From Pocillopora damicornis (lineage: Eukaryota), in the NCBI RefSeq assembly GCF_003704095.1, contig NW_020846169.1, positions 186,001-250,000 on the forward strand: a stretch of DNA of 64,000 bases, given 5' to 3'. Below, piece by piece: positions 1 through 11,720 of the stretch (its first letter is position 1; the number at the start of each line of letters is the position of its first letter). A model generated the notes under the pieces. The model was not told the origin of the DNA, did not search any database, and saw only the letters and a list, made by a program, of their open reading frames with translations. Position numbers and translations under genes: made by a program.

Positions 1-3
1 TAC

Positions 4-1795
4 CAGTATTTATTCCAATCCGCACTGAGAGTTTTCCTGTAGAGAACTGTGGCAGCTCCATTTCATCCACTGCCGTAAGCAAATCAAGCGCCATGCGAGC
101 TATTTGGTCAACGTGTTGAATGCCATTCCGTTCGGGAAGCCCAGATGCAACCATGTATGCATCACCAATGGTCTCCACTTTATATACGTCATAAGTATTG
201 ATGCGCTCATCAAAAACACCATACACGGCGTCTAGCATGCCTGTTACCTAAATCGATATATAATTTTTCGTCAGTATGGACCCTCGTCAGTACTCGGTTC
301 TAGCAAGCTAAGCATTGTATCTAGATTTGCTTTATCCTTAGAGAAATAAGAGACTTTCATCTCGTAGTTTTTTTGAGGTATTGTAGCCATACAGAAGTAG
401 CTTCCCTCCTTACAAAGTCTTTTCTGCCCATTCAGTAATGGTAGCACCCTTTCTTAGAAGGAGAAAAATCTCCCAAATTCTATTGAGCGTTAAAATGATT
501 ATTTAAACTCGTACCTGTAAAGGAGTCATGACAGAACACATCTCTGTAAAGCCGACGATGTCACTAAAAAATATTGTGACACTTTTAAAGTACTCGGCTG
601 GAACTTGCTGCTTTTTCTTAAGCATCTCAGCGACAGAATGAGGAAACATTTGGTAAAGGAGTGTATCTGCTCGCCTCTTCTCTTCTTGTAGCTCCAAGGT
701 CTTTTGTGCCAGCTTGAATGTGTAATTTTGAATCGTCCCGGTCATTCGGTAAACGGAAATTACCAGGAAGGGAATCAAAAGGAACGCAAAAATGAGAAAC
801 GACAATCGCATGGCCAAGTCTGACTTTTTAGATTTCTTTGTGTCTTCCAGGCGTTTTCTGAGGATGTCACCTGCATTATTTTGTACCTTGAACAACTTGT
901 TAAGGTACTTCGTCATGAGATCGAACCAATCTTCGCCTTTTTGTGATGACCCATTGCTGGCTTTGTTTGTGAAAATTACACTTCGGTTTTTCTCAATCGA
1001 AGCTAACAGGTCGTCGTTTACATTTTGATCTAACTCCATACTAATCTCGGGCATTAACATTCCACTCGACTTCAAGTATTCTCCTCCGAGTATACTGTGG
1101 TTTGCATAATACACAAGGTTTGTGTTGTTGAATTGTCCCTTTGCGAAAAAGGATCCACCAAGCGCTCGTTCTATGCCAATTTTATCCTTCCCGGTAAGGA
1201 ACATGTAGTATCCAATCATATCCACGTTGATCTCCTGGGAGGTATTTTTGATCGTGTCAAAGAACCAATCAAGCATCAAGTTGATTGGATGAGTATAGAA
1301 CTTAATTTGACCGTTCGGTTCGCCGCTTGTACAGTTCTCCCCAACATAATTCCTGTGAACCTTCAAATGTTCGTGAAAACGGTCGGCACTGGCAAGGAAA
1401 GGTGCAATGGATAGGTGCAAGAATGGCCACTCCGTTTCTTCCAGAGCCTTGTCCGTTTCTTTTCGGGCATTGTTCATTTTGTCGTAAACGCTTTGCGTTA
1501 TTTTTCCTGAACTTCGGGAACTGAGGCACAATACAGTAAGGCCACGCTCTATTTGCAAGCGATGAATAAGATATGCCACCTGAAGGCTTGATTGCAACTT
1601 ATCTTCCATTTCGCTTGCTAAATTAATACTCTTGTGTGCCTGGCGGACATCCTCAGCGACGAAGATGAGAAGGCCGAGCACGGCTATCATCGCCACACCG
1701 ATGATCTTCAGCGACTGCACGCGACGGCCAGCCGATGTGGTAACGTCGTATCGCCAGCATGAACGAAATAAGCCAGCCGCTTTATTGACTGCCAT
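4..1795 (-). CDS. NIT-domain transmembrane guanylyl cyclase (NIT-GC), 3'-partial; exons 1795-515 and 247-4
   Basis: Architecture is TM1 (IIGVAMIAVLGLLIFV), NIT motifs LIHRLQIERG and GKDKIGIERALG, TM2 (LSFLIFAFLLIPFLVI), signalling coil LQEEKRRADTLLYQMFP, then cyclase VTIFFSDIVGFT. A GT donor at 514-513 and AG acceptor at 249-248 lead into VTGMLDAVY...YKVETIGDAYMVASGLP...VRIGINTG, with the next donor at 3-2. An in-frame TGA just upstream supports ATG 1795; an acceptor at 1814-1813 suggests a 5'UTR intron. Confidence 0.93.
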
Positions 1796-4172
1796 TTGTG
1801 TAATTATTCAAACTAAAATATGAAAGAGAGAAAATTGAGTGACCTAGCTACTGACAGTCTATCTCCTTCCACCTGCTTTCGATTGAATTGCACTTCTATA
1901 ATCAACCCGTTGATTTGAAAATCGGTTCAGTAGATCGATATTTGTCAAAAAGATGGAGTATTTAATAACTAACAGTGCATGCACGAAGTCATTCAGACAA
2001 GAAAATTAAGATGTACAGTTTTTGATTAAAAAGAACGCTAAACTGAGTGGGAAGGCAGAATGAGTGTTACATTCACTCGAAGGAAAACAATTTTTTAAAA
2101 TTGAAATCATATACCATGAACAGATGATGTCAAATCTAGAATAGGAATGTTACGAGAGCAACAGATTAAAGGGGAAGCAGTAGCCCTAGAAGCTTGATGC
2201 CCCTCTTTTCGAACTTGAATAGCTTGCCATGAAAAAATGACAAAATAGAGAGAAAAAAGCACACTTCTTAGCCTGCGATCTTTCCACGTAAGTGTTAAGA
2301 CTACCTATTTCTAAAGTTTAACACATTTCTTTTTAACATGGAAATATTGACGATTGTTCACGACACACTCAGGAAAGTGTGAGACTAATCGGTAACGAGT
2401 GTTTTAATTTTAAGACTCAAAGCGCTAAAATACCGTATTAGTTTTTGCCCTACTCGGCAATAAACAAAGAGCTACGCGTACTGATAGTGACCAGATGCCT
2501 TTCTTCTTGAGTGTTCAGAAACGATTCTTTAACGTGCATTTTGCCAAACTAACTACTGCGCACGATGATTCTCGCGTTTAAGGATGCCTTAAAAATATCT
2601 CCTCGGAGCGAAAGCTATTTTTAAGAAACGAAACCATAGAATAATCCTTCACTTTGTAAACAAACCTCCGGCGAGATTTTTAAACTGCGGGGAATTTTCT
2701 CTCACTAATTAAAAAATGCGACTGAAATTTTGTACTTATCAATAGAGCATGACTCTATAAATCCAGATTTCGTCAAAGGTTTTTCATGTCAGGGTATCAA
2801 GAAAACTTTACATTTAAAAAATTCAGAATAAAAAGGAAATTACCTTCAAATCAATCCGATACCAAATTTTACAGAGTAAACTGCGTAGCTTCCGACTGTC
2901 ATCTCAATTTCCAAAAATTACACACTCCGACAAAAATGCTCAGTTTGAATTTCCAGCCTGTTTCTACATAACTACTCAGATTAGATTTGCAGTCAAACTT
3001 ACTGGTTCGTTAAAGTTGCTCAGATATGTTAACAATTGAAAATTTCGTTGTGTCACACTTGGTGATGTACTTGGCGCCTTCAGCATTTACAGAAAAAAGT
3101 GAAGGACGTTAATCGTAATTTTTGCACAAATTCAGCATGGGGCTTAGGCTATGAAAGTTCCCTTCTATAGCCTGTATTTTTGGATTGTTTTTTACCAGTC
3201 TCCTTACAGAATGCAGAGGAAGCTATGGTTTAAAATTCTAAATTTACATTTTCATATTTATGAATTACGGAGGAATCACAAATGTAATTGTAAGGATCGA
3301 TGTCTTAGCTAAAACAGGCAATTTTCAAACTTAAAAACAGCAGAAATCACTCACAAACACATCCATGCAATATAAGAACGTGTTTTGCGCGGTTAGTGCT
3401 GCTCCCTCCTGAGTACAAAGGGACCGCTAAACACCCTGAGCTAAAAACTCTAAACTTACCACTTTAAACCCTTCCTCCATTTTACCTTCAAACGTTTTAC
3501 GGTCGCTGAAGAAATTTTTTAGTAGGGTCTGTTTTTGTGAACTGCGTTTTCGCATCTTTCATAATAAGTGGAACTGCGAACACCTGTTTCGCCTTAATTG
3601 TCAAAGGTAAAGGCAATGAAACCTATGCAAATGAGTCCAAGAGAAATTGATATTAAAATATAGCTGCATGTCTTTGACTGAGCCAATTTGTTTCCACATA
3701 ATACCTGCGATTATAAAACTGATAGTAACGTCAGATGGGGCATATAACTAAAAACAATTACTTTCTTTCAGTTGTGAGACTCTTTTGTGCTCAAGAAGCT
3801 TTAGAAATTGTTAATGAATGTGATGTCCGTCCGCTTATCAGCCTTAAATGCCGAAATATTTAGTACTGGCAAATTAACATTCAGTTTCTCTTTAGAAAGC
3901 AGTGATCAGCAATTAACCAACTGTCTAAAGATAACCTAAAAATGCAACTTGTGTTTCTTGCGCTTCAAGCGACTGGGCTTTTGAAACCAAAGATTCAATA
4001 ACAACTTTTGTCATATCCAGAAAAGATTTCATCAATGAAGAGCAGTCTTAGCAAAAAACAGAATAATCCTTGCTTTGTATCAGGCCTTTCCTGTGAGTTC
4101 TTATCTGCGTCATTCGGTGACTAAACGCATTGAAACATCCTTATCAAGTAAAGGAAGCAAGCTTGCAGGGAA

Positions 4173-4365
4173 CTCTTTAACTCTTAGAGGTAAATAGTGT
4201 GTAAGTTCTACTTGCCCTCAGGAAAAAGAAAGTAAAGAACAATCCTCATCCGCTGAACAGATAGTAGCTCGATACATGGACAAAGTTGTGGAACTGACCA
4301 ACAAAGAAAGAATGTTATCAGTTTGGAGAGTGCACTTTCAGATCATGGAATTAAACATATTCAAA
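4173..4365. repeat. Degenerate MITE-like repeat (ttaaccctttaactc-type ends)
   Basis: The ends ctctttaactcttaga and agatcatggaattaaacatattcaa resemble eroded inverted termini. A similar start occurs at about 44205. Confidence 0.35.
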
Positions 4366-5180
4366 GAATTCTTCGTGCTTCACATGAAAAACTTGACAAA
4401 CTATTTAGGCAAAAAAGCTTTTGAAAGACAAGCAGCTTTCTTCCGATAGCCTTTAAGCACTAAATTCCTGACCACTGTGGGAACATTAAAACGACTGTGT
4501 GAAGTAGGAAAGAAGCTTTCTTTTTTTTACATTTTAGACAGACTGCGTTTTTCCCAGCGGTTTCAGCCTGAATTGCTCTGAAGCATTAGCAACTTCATTG
4601 TACTCCCGACACGTTTAAATTTACCAACTGAAAGACGACTCGTGAACCTGATGGTTGGGATCCGCTGGGCTGACAGCTAAATAGTTATCATTTTAAGAGG
4701 TTCCGTCTCTTTAAAGAAAAAACATTTTTCAATTTTTATTGTGGCTTTTTTTTTTAATTTTATCAATCTTATCTTTTTCATCTTCAAAAGACATGGCCAA
4801 TTTGGTTCCCTTAGAATCCATCGTTAAATAGCCCCACCAGGAGCAATGACAATTAATTTTACTTGCTGTTACAAGAACATGTTATCCGGTTTATTGACAG
4901 GTTTCAAGGGAATGGAACCGTAGTAAAATAGAATTGATAATGGCGTCTTGTGTCTTGGTCTCTGGCTCAAAATGACGTGTATTGCGAACATTAGAATAAA
5001 TCAGGAAACAAAGAGAAAAGAAATAAATTATAAATTTGCCGGCGCTATTTCTTTTAATGTATTTTACTTGGGTTTTCTTTTGCAAAATCCCATATTATCA
5101 TCTATAATACTTAAACTGCTCCGAATAACTAAAAGAAATAAAATGAAATCCTCAGCAGTGAAGCCATTTCTGGTCGATTT

Positions 5181-6371
5181 CTATTGGGATGCTACAGAGG
5201 GAAAGAAAACAAACGAAAAAAATAACCGTCAGTTAGTTTCAATCACGAAAAAACGTTGCCGTTCATCGTTAAAACTTGTAGCCAATGTATCCTAAACAAC
5301 TTCCGATTTTAAACTTACTGTAAAGCTCTGGAATAATGCTTTATTAAAGGAAATAGGTTATTTTTAATAGTGAGAGGTGATGTTATTCGGTTTACTGACT
5401 GGTTTCAAGGGAATGGAACCAGGCATACTCGAATAAAAAACTCCGAGTGCTCCCAAAAGGAGCAGAACCTTCAAGTTTCCCATCATTACTTTGGACGCTC
5501 TATCACTTAGCTTTAGGACGCTAGTGGCAACACGTTGTTTTAAAAACGTTTATTGAGATTGTCACGCGTCAGAAGTATTTTGAGGCTAGCTTCGCACAAA
5601 AAGACATAATTTATTGACCAACTTCTATAATGTCATCTGTACACCAGTCTGATGAAACCATGAGGAAGCAAAGTGATCAGCATCATGTATTCATTATAAA
5701 TCATCTCCATCATCGCATTTCTTTCTTTGTTTTGTTTTGTTTTGTGCCCTAACACCATCAAGTCGGTAAAGCAACGATTCAATACTGCGACTCCAATATT
5801 TGTGTAAAATTATACTAACCCAATACACAGTCGGCCCAAGGAAATTTCATTCCTTCTGGGTGCGTTTTCCACTTGCCCTCGCGCCTGATATAAGAGTTAG
5901 CATGGGGTCTTTCAGGATCAGAAACGTAGCCATCATTACATTTCACTTGGCACAGAACGTCAGACCCAAAACGTATGCAGTGCAGCTTTGCGTGAGCTGG
6001 AGGCGCTACAGTCACCAAGTTATCAACTGTTAAAAACCGGCAAAGAATTGGAGTCGAAAGTTCCTCAATAAACCTCGAAAAAAATTTAAATTGCATGCGT
6101 ATAAACTCTAAAACTTCTTTGCTAAGAACCACTAACACAACAACTACATGGCAGTGGAAAAATTGTTTTATAACGCCTCTCATACTTACGCATTTAATTT
6201 GACTGTAATTTTCCCCTTGTAAAATTGCATCCTTATAACAGCATCGGGTGACATCAGTGTCTCTACATATTTTTCAGCGTTTAAACCAGAGAAAGTCAAA
6301 AGTGAAAAAATCTTACCGGCTATAACAGTCCAGCAGAACAGAGCAACACAGGCGAAAGCGAATTTCTTCAT
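5181..6371 (-). CDS. Small secreted protein (~90 aa) with one degenerate sushi/CCP-like module; exons 6371-6317, 6026-5820, 5191-5181
   Basis: The signal-peptide exon MKKFAFACVALFCWTVIA ends G|GTAAGA. A 207-nt phase 1-1 exon encodes HC...LCQVKCNDGY...YIRREGKW...PWADC and ends G|GTTAGT. A strong polypyrimidine acceptor at 5193-5192 gives ASQ-stop. Total 273 nt, in frame. Confidence 0.72.
5435..5530 (-). mobile_element. Decayed tRNA-derived SINE fragment
   Basis: aaaaaactccgagtgctccc...gaacct...gacgctctatcacttagct is the reverse of a tRNA-like head with eroded A/B boxes. It resembles 10495-10590 and 29885-29950. Confidence 0.45.
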
Positions 6372-9300
6372 AACTGAGCTCTCAACAGTGAAAAATAGGT
6401 GAAACCCTCGGTAGCGTAGAGCAGAGATTTTCAAACACCACACTGATGTGCCGCACGATGAATGTCGATTAATTTTGACCCCAAAATAATAAATATCAGA
6501 CAATTAAGGAAGACGTCAGCCAACAATGTACACTTTTTACTAAAGCAGTAATGTACAAGTGAAAAAGGTTACCTAGCTGTCATTAGTCATTGGACGGCAG
6601 CGAAAGCTGAGAAAACTCAAAAGTACTTTGTTTGAACAATGATAAAATAGTTAGTTTGGAGTCGGCATCTTTATTCGTTGCGGCAAAGTTGTCCCTGTTT
6701 TTTGGCTCGACTCACGGGCTGAAAAATCTGCCCTCTGGAAATAGATAGCTTTATTGAGGTACATTTTCTTCAGTGACCTTCTAAATACGATTCTAAAGAA
6801 ATAAGTTATGTTTGATCTTCGGATGAATATCAAATAGAGTACTGAATATTATGATCCTCGCAGGTGAAGAAAATATTTTTTCCATACTTCTTTTCTGCAA
6901 TTACTTAAATCGCAGATCAGCTGGGAGGAACATTGCTTTTCGTGAACCCTCCTTATAAGTGATCCCTCACACCCTTTATTTTCGGCCAAAACCTTCAAGC
7001 AACCGAATTTCAAAAGGATTAGTGTGAGGTTTTCAGCTGTCTTGGGTCCTGCCTTTGCTGACAGGTTAGTTCAAAACAAATAACAATGTAGTATTGAATG
7101 TATGGGTGTTTCGTATATTTTTTCTTCGTTCTATTTTGAAATCAAGAAATCAACGCAGCGTACATAAGAAAACTCCCTTTATCTTTGTAGTGTCAGTCAT
7201 TAAACAAGCTCTCCCATCGTAAATCAATTAGTTCTGCAACTTTCTCAATAATTGCAAACTTAAGATCTATAACATAAACTGCAGTATTTTATAACGATTG
7301 CTAATGCTGAGAAATTATTTTTACACAATTATTTTGTGTAAACGCACGATAAATGAGCGTATAAAGATTTGTCCACTCAGGTGTCGCGGCGTCACTCAAT
7401 TTCATTTGAGCCAATTCGATTGAATTCATAAATAAATTGGAATACTTTGTCCGTTAAGGTTGCCTTACATAAAAACATACATGATACACATGCACCCGAA
7501 GAAATGAAGAGAAAATTTTGTCTTTTCACAATTAAAAAATACCTTGAGAAGAATTATACTCCCCCAAACGCCCACAAGAAATTCTAATAAATAAATTTAA
7601 AAAAAAATCAATCAAGGTGAAATCCTTGGCGAAAGTTCTTCATGCTAATTAAGCAAGTTGCTTTTTTAATTTTTTGTTTTCCTTTTGCGCTGAATTTAAC
7701 TATTCAAAGCGCATGATATTATTTCCATCAACCCCCGGTATCCGTGAAAATGAGAAAAACAACCTCCTAGAACTAATTTAAGGAAAACCGACTAACCATC
7801 GATATAAAATAAATACAGATAGGACACTTGATTTTCAGATGATAAACAATCAAAATGATGAGAGAGATTAGTTTTGTAGAAATCCGTGACGAGGGAGAAT
7901 GCAAGAGAAATTGAAGGATGCAAAGGTGAGGAATATTGTGTAAGACGTGGTAAGGGAGGTTCCAGGATCAAAATAATTTGCTTTCAAAGCTCACTGCCAC
8001 GTAGAATTTCTGTGGTGATAATTGTATTCAGGACAACTACGCTTTTCGTTAACTGTGTTGAATGTTAGAATTAATTGACTCATCGGAATTCTCTGAATAG
8101 TAGTGACCTTATACGAGAGGAATCTTCAAAATGAATTTTGCAGCCTTTAAAACAATTTTGAATTCGCGTGCAATCCAACATATTATGTAGGAAAATAATG
8201 TAAACGTACCATAACTTCAGCGACTAGGGCACTATGATCTTCTCATAACAGACAGGTGTTCTGATGCAGATCTCAAGAAGTTTCTGCGAGTAGTTTGGTC
8301 AAGAGAGAAACAGCGTGAACGCTGCGTGGTTAAAAATGTGCGTATGAATAGCTTTCATTTTGTCGGTGAAGGAGATAAACATGAAACAAATCACGGTCAA
8401 TAGACTTGCCGCAGATTACCCCATTACATAAATCAAAAGGACTTTTTTCCATACATCGTTTATGTGCGTTTGTCTTCAGAGATTTGAAAGTGAAAATGCC
8501 TGAAAACATTGCAAAATGACCGTCAGACTGGCTAAGTCCTGCAGGCACTTTTAATTATTTAGGCCAAATGTTTTCTTCAAATCTCCTCGGGTACAAACGC
8601 AAAAATTAGGCTTTACATTCATAATACATTGGAAATGCAAAACTATCGCAATATATTAATTTTAATGAGAAAAATTTGCTGCAAAAGACTTTTTAGTAAT
8701 ATTTTAGAAAGCGCCGCTAATACAGCAATTATGTGTCACTCTTGTTTTAGCTTAGTGGGCTCCCTTTAGGAGTTGGACGCCCTGTGCCCATCAAAGCGAG
8801 CGGTTTCAGTATCTACGCGCGCTTCCAGAACACATTCAGGATAATTTGAAAACACTAATATACCTTTCAGGTGATGTTCACTCAGATCCGATGCATTGAG
8901 AGGAAAAATCACTTTATTGTCCTCATTCAAGGGTGAAATTCGTGCTTAATTTATGGGAGACGTAAAAATCAATTGCTATTACCATGAAAACGACAAACTA
9001 ATAATCCCATCATAGCGTTTCTATTTCCAGCCCAGGCGATGTAAAACTTAAACCCACTCTTGAGCTTTATTTCTTGATTGTAAAATTTTGAAAGCTAACG
9101 GTCAGCTAGAGAGAGGGTGAGGTTAAAATTACTAAGTTTGTATTCGTGCAGAATAGAGAAGCACGAACGATTTTATCAACAAACATCGTAATTCTAGCTT
9201 AGATGCAGAACAATAGAACATCTGGTCTTCTGAGTGACGAATGTTATCATCATTAAGGACTGCCAACTGCTCTATTTTTCGATATGTTCTCACAATACCA

Positions 9301-10494
9301 AATCTTTGATGCAAACAACTTTTTAACCAAATTAATGAATAAGCGATAACTACCCATTAGTGGCTTTTTATTCTGTCAAACAGTGTACTCTTACTTCAAA
9401 AGTGTTGTAGCATTTTGAAAGTATTTACTTTGCGCTATTCCTTGCTTCTATTTTGGCAAAGAGTGGAAAGTTTTAAGGATGGAAAGGCATTTCAGAAATC
9501 AATTTTTTTCTTAAAAATTATTAGAGAGGATTATGCAGTCTGATCATCCGAGTTCGAGTAGCAGTTCGACGTCGGTGTATTTTAGACCTGGAAGTTCTTG
9601 TACCTCAAAGTCTTCCACTGTTACATCTGGCAATGGACATCATTTCTCAGGAAGCTACTTTAAAATTTAACCTAAAAACTAGAAATAAGTGACACACTTT
9701 CTCGACCTTCCAGCCAAAACTTCAAGAAAAAGAGCTTAGAAATAAAAAATCTACCTCTCAAAGCTACAAGAAATTTGATGGACTATTCCCTTTGACCAAC
9801 CCGAAATGCGAGATTTTGTTTGCGAAAGAATTATCACTCACGTTTCCTTCGATCAAATTCAGATTAGTGTTAAACGCTAAAGGATCTGCTGAGAAATCCT
9901 TACCTATTTCCTGCCTTTGAGTTATTGTGCCTTTGAGATGATAGCGTTCCCAAACGAGTATTCAAACATCCACTTTTCAACTACCTCACATTCCTTAGGA
10001 GTAGTTTGGCTCCTAAAAAAAAGTCACTTTTACTCAACGCTATTTGTGAGACGTCTGACGCCCTTGAGTTGCGAACCGCCCGTGGAGATTGCGTCAAGAT
10101 GTCAGATGTTGTTAATGAGCTATTGTGAGTAAAACTTTCGAACGACAATCAAGAAGCGGTTGCCAGGAGGTAACCAAGTTGGGGTCTAAGATCTCAAAAA
10201 AGCTAGTCTATTATTCTTACACCTGCTACGAAATGACTTCCATGGCAAAGTAAAATTGGAAAACTAGTTCAGAAGATGCATTCCCCTTTATTCGCCTTTA
10301 TGAACTATTTCGCCATTAATTTATTCTTGACGAACGTGCCACCAGAGATAAGTTTGTGACAGAGATAATTTGTGCTATGGAGCAAAAGTTTATCATGAGA
10401 GCCTCACAAACATGAAAAAAGTAAATCGTAGGCGTGGTGATGAAAGTGAAAAAGGGCTGTTATGTTTCAGCCAGGGATTCGAGGTGTATCAAAA

Positions 10495-10590
10495 GAGAAA
10501 TATCGAGTTCCACTAACAGAAGTCCGGCGAACGACTTTGAGGTTGATACCTCGAAAGCGCCACCGCTGAGTTAAAGAAGACTGGCATCGA
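10495..10590 (-). mobile_element. Decayed tRNA-derived SINE fragment
   Basis: gaaatatcgagttccactaacagaagtc...cgccaccgctgagttaaagaagact has the same layout as the 5.4 kb copy. Confidence 0.35.
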
Positions 10591-10789
10591 CATTTCCATC
10601 TTTGCAAAGAGACGCGTGGTTTAAGTTTAAATTCTCGCGGAATAAAAAGTTTATTTCACACATGAACCTGGTTTGATTTCATTAAGGCGAATCTCCCCCC
10701 AAAGTCAAGGATAGTTCGGTGATGTTTGATGCACTACTGACAGAAACAGACGAACAAGAAAGGTGCAAGGACTCTTAGAGCTGGAACCG

Positions 10790-11720
10790 CATCTGCGAAA
10801 TGCATGAACCCTGGTCACAGATAGCTAAGTAACTGAAATTCTCAAAGGCGCAATGATGTACCAGAAACATTCCAAGTTTAAAACACGAACATGTGCACCT
10901 GGAGCTCTACCAGGGATGGTGTGTACCTGGTGATGGAGACGAAAAGTACGGCCTCCACTATTCAAGCCTAAAAGAAGGAGAAGTCTTCTCGTAAAGTAAA
11001 CATGATGCTTACACATATCTAGGCTACGTTAAGAACGTCGAACCAAAGGAATTGACCAAAACTTATTGTAGCAAACCTACAAACCGCCAATGCTGTGATA
11101 GAGAGGAAGGAAGACATCTGGTTCAGGGACCTGCAAAGCACCTTGGAGACAGCATGGAAAGAAAAATAATCGCCCTGAAGTTGACTGTCATACATAGATT
11201 AGCAATGCAAACAGCCACTCTGGAATCATAAGGAAGCACGCCACTGACGCCAGATAAGAAAACGCACATAGTTTGCAGAATGATGTCCTGGAAATAGCGT
11301 GGTTGACGAGGGCACTGTCTTCGACACAAGGAAACACACAAGATAATTTAGTTACATCCTGATTAAAAAACTTGCAATTACATAGATCACATATGCATCC
11401 AAAGGCACTTCAAAAAGAACTCTTCGTGTAAAAAATAAAAATAAACCGAGGAGCAGATGTTAGGTCTGATCACCATTTAGTCTTCGCGAGGCTATAACTG
11501 AAGTTAAGATGGAAGACGTAAGAGGATACATGGTAAACTGCGATACAACCGAACAAATTGGAAGAAAGGATTCCCCGGTAAGTTTTGGTTCTGAGTAATG
11601 GGAGAATGAAGATGAAGGACTAACAAAAGTCCTGTAAAGATAAATGAAATCAGAGAATCTGCGAGAAATACGTGGTCAAAGGACAAAGGGAAACAAGAAA
11701 GGGGGTTAGAGAGGCCTTAC
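10790..11720 (+). mobile_element. Degenerate RTE-type LINE, apurinic endonuclease region
   Basis: Frameshifted reading around 11310-11510 gives GTVF-HKETHK...HPD...NYIDHICIQRHFK...RGADVRSDHHLVFARL, the IDH and SDH motifs of LINE endonucleases. Confidence 0.7.

Noticed and set aside
792-1823. Several plus-strand ORFs overlapping the NIT-GC exon
   Set aside because: Antisense shadows of a real coding exon, with no motifs.
3460-3600. Candidate non-coding first exon of NIT-GC (G|GTAAGT donor at 3459-3458)
   Set aside because: Plausible but unsupported without transcript data.
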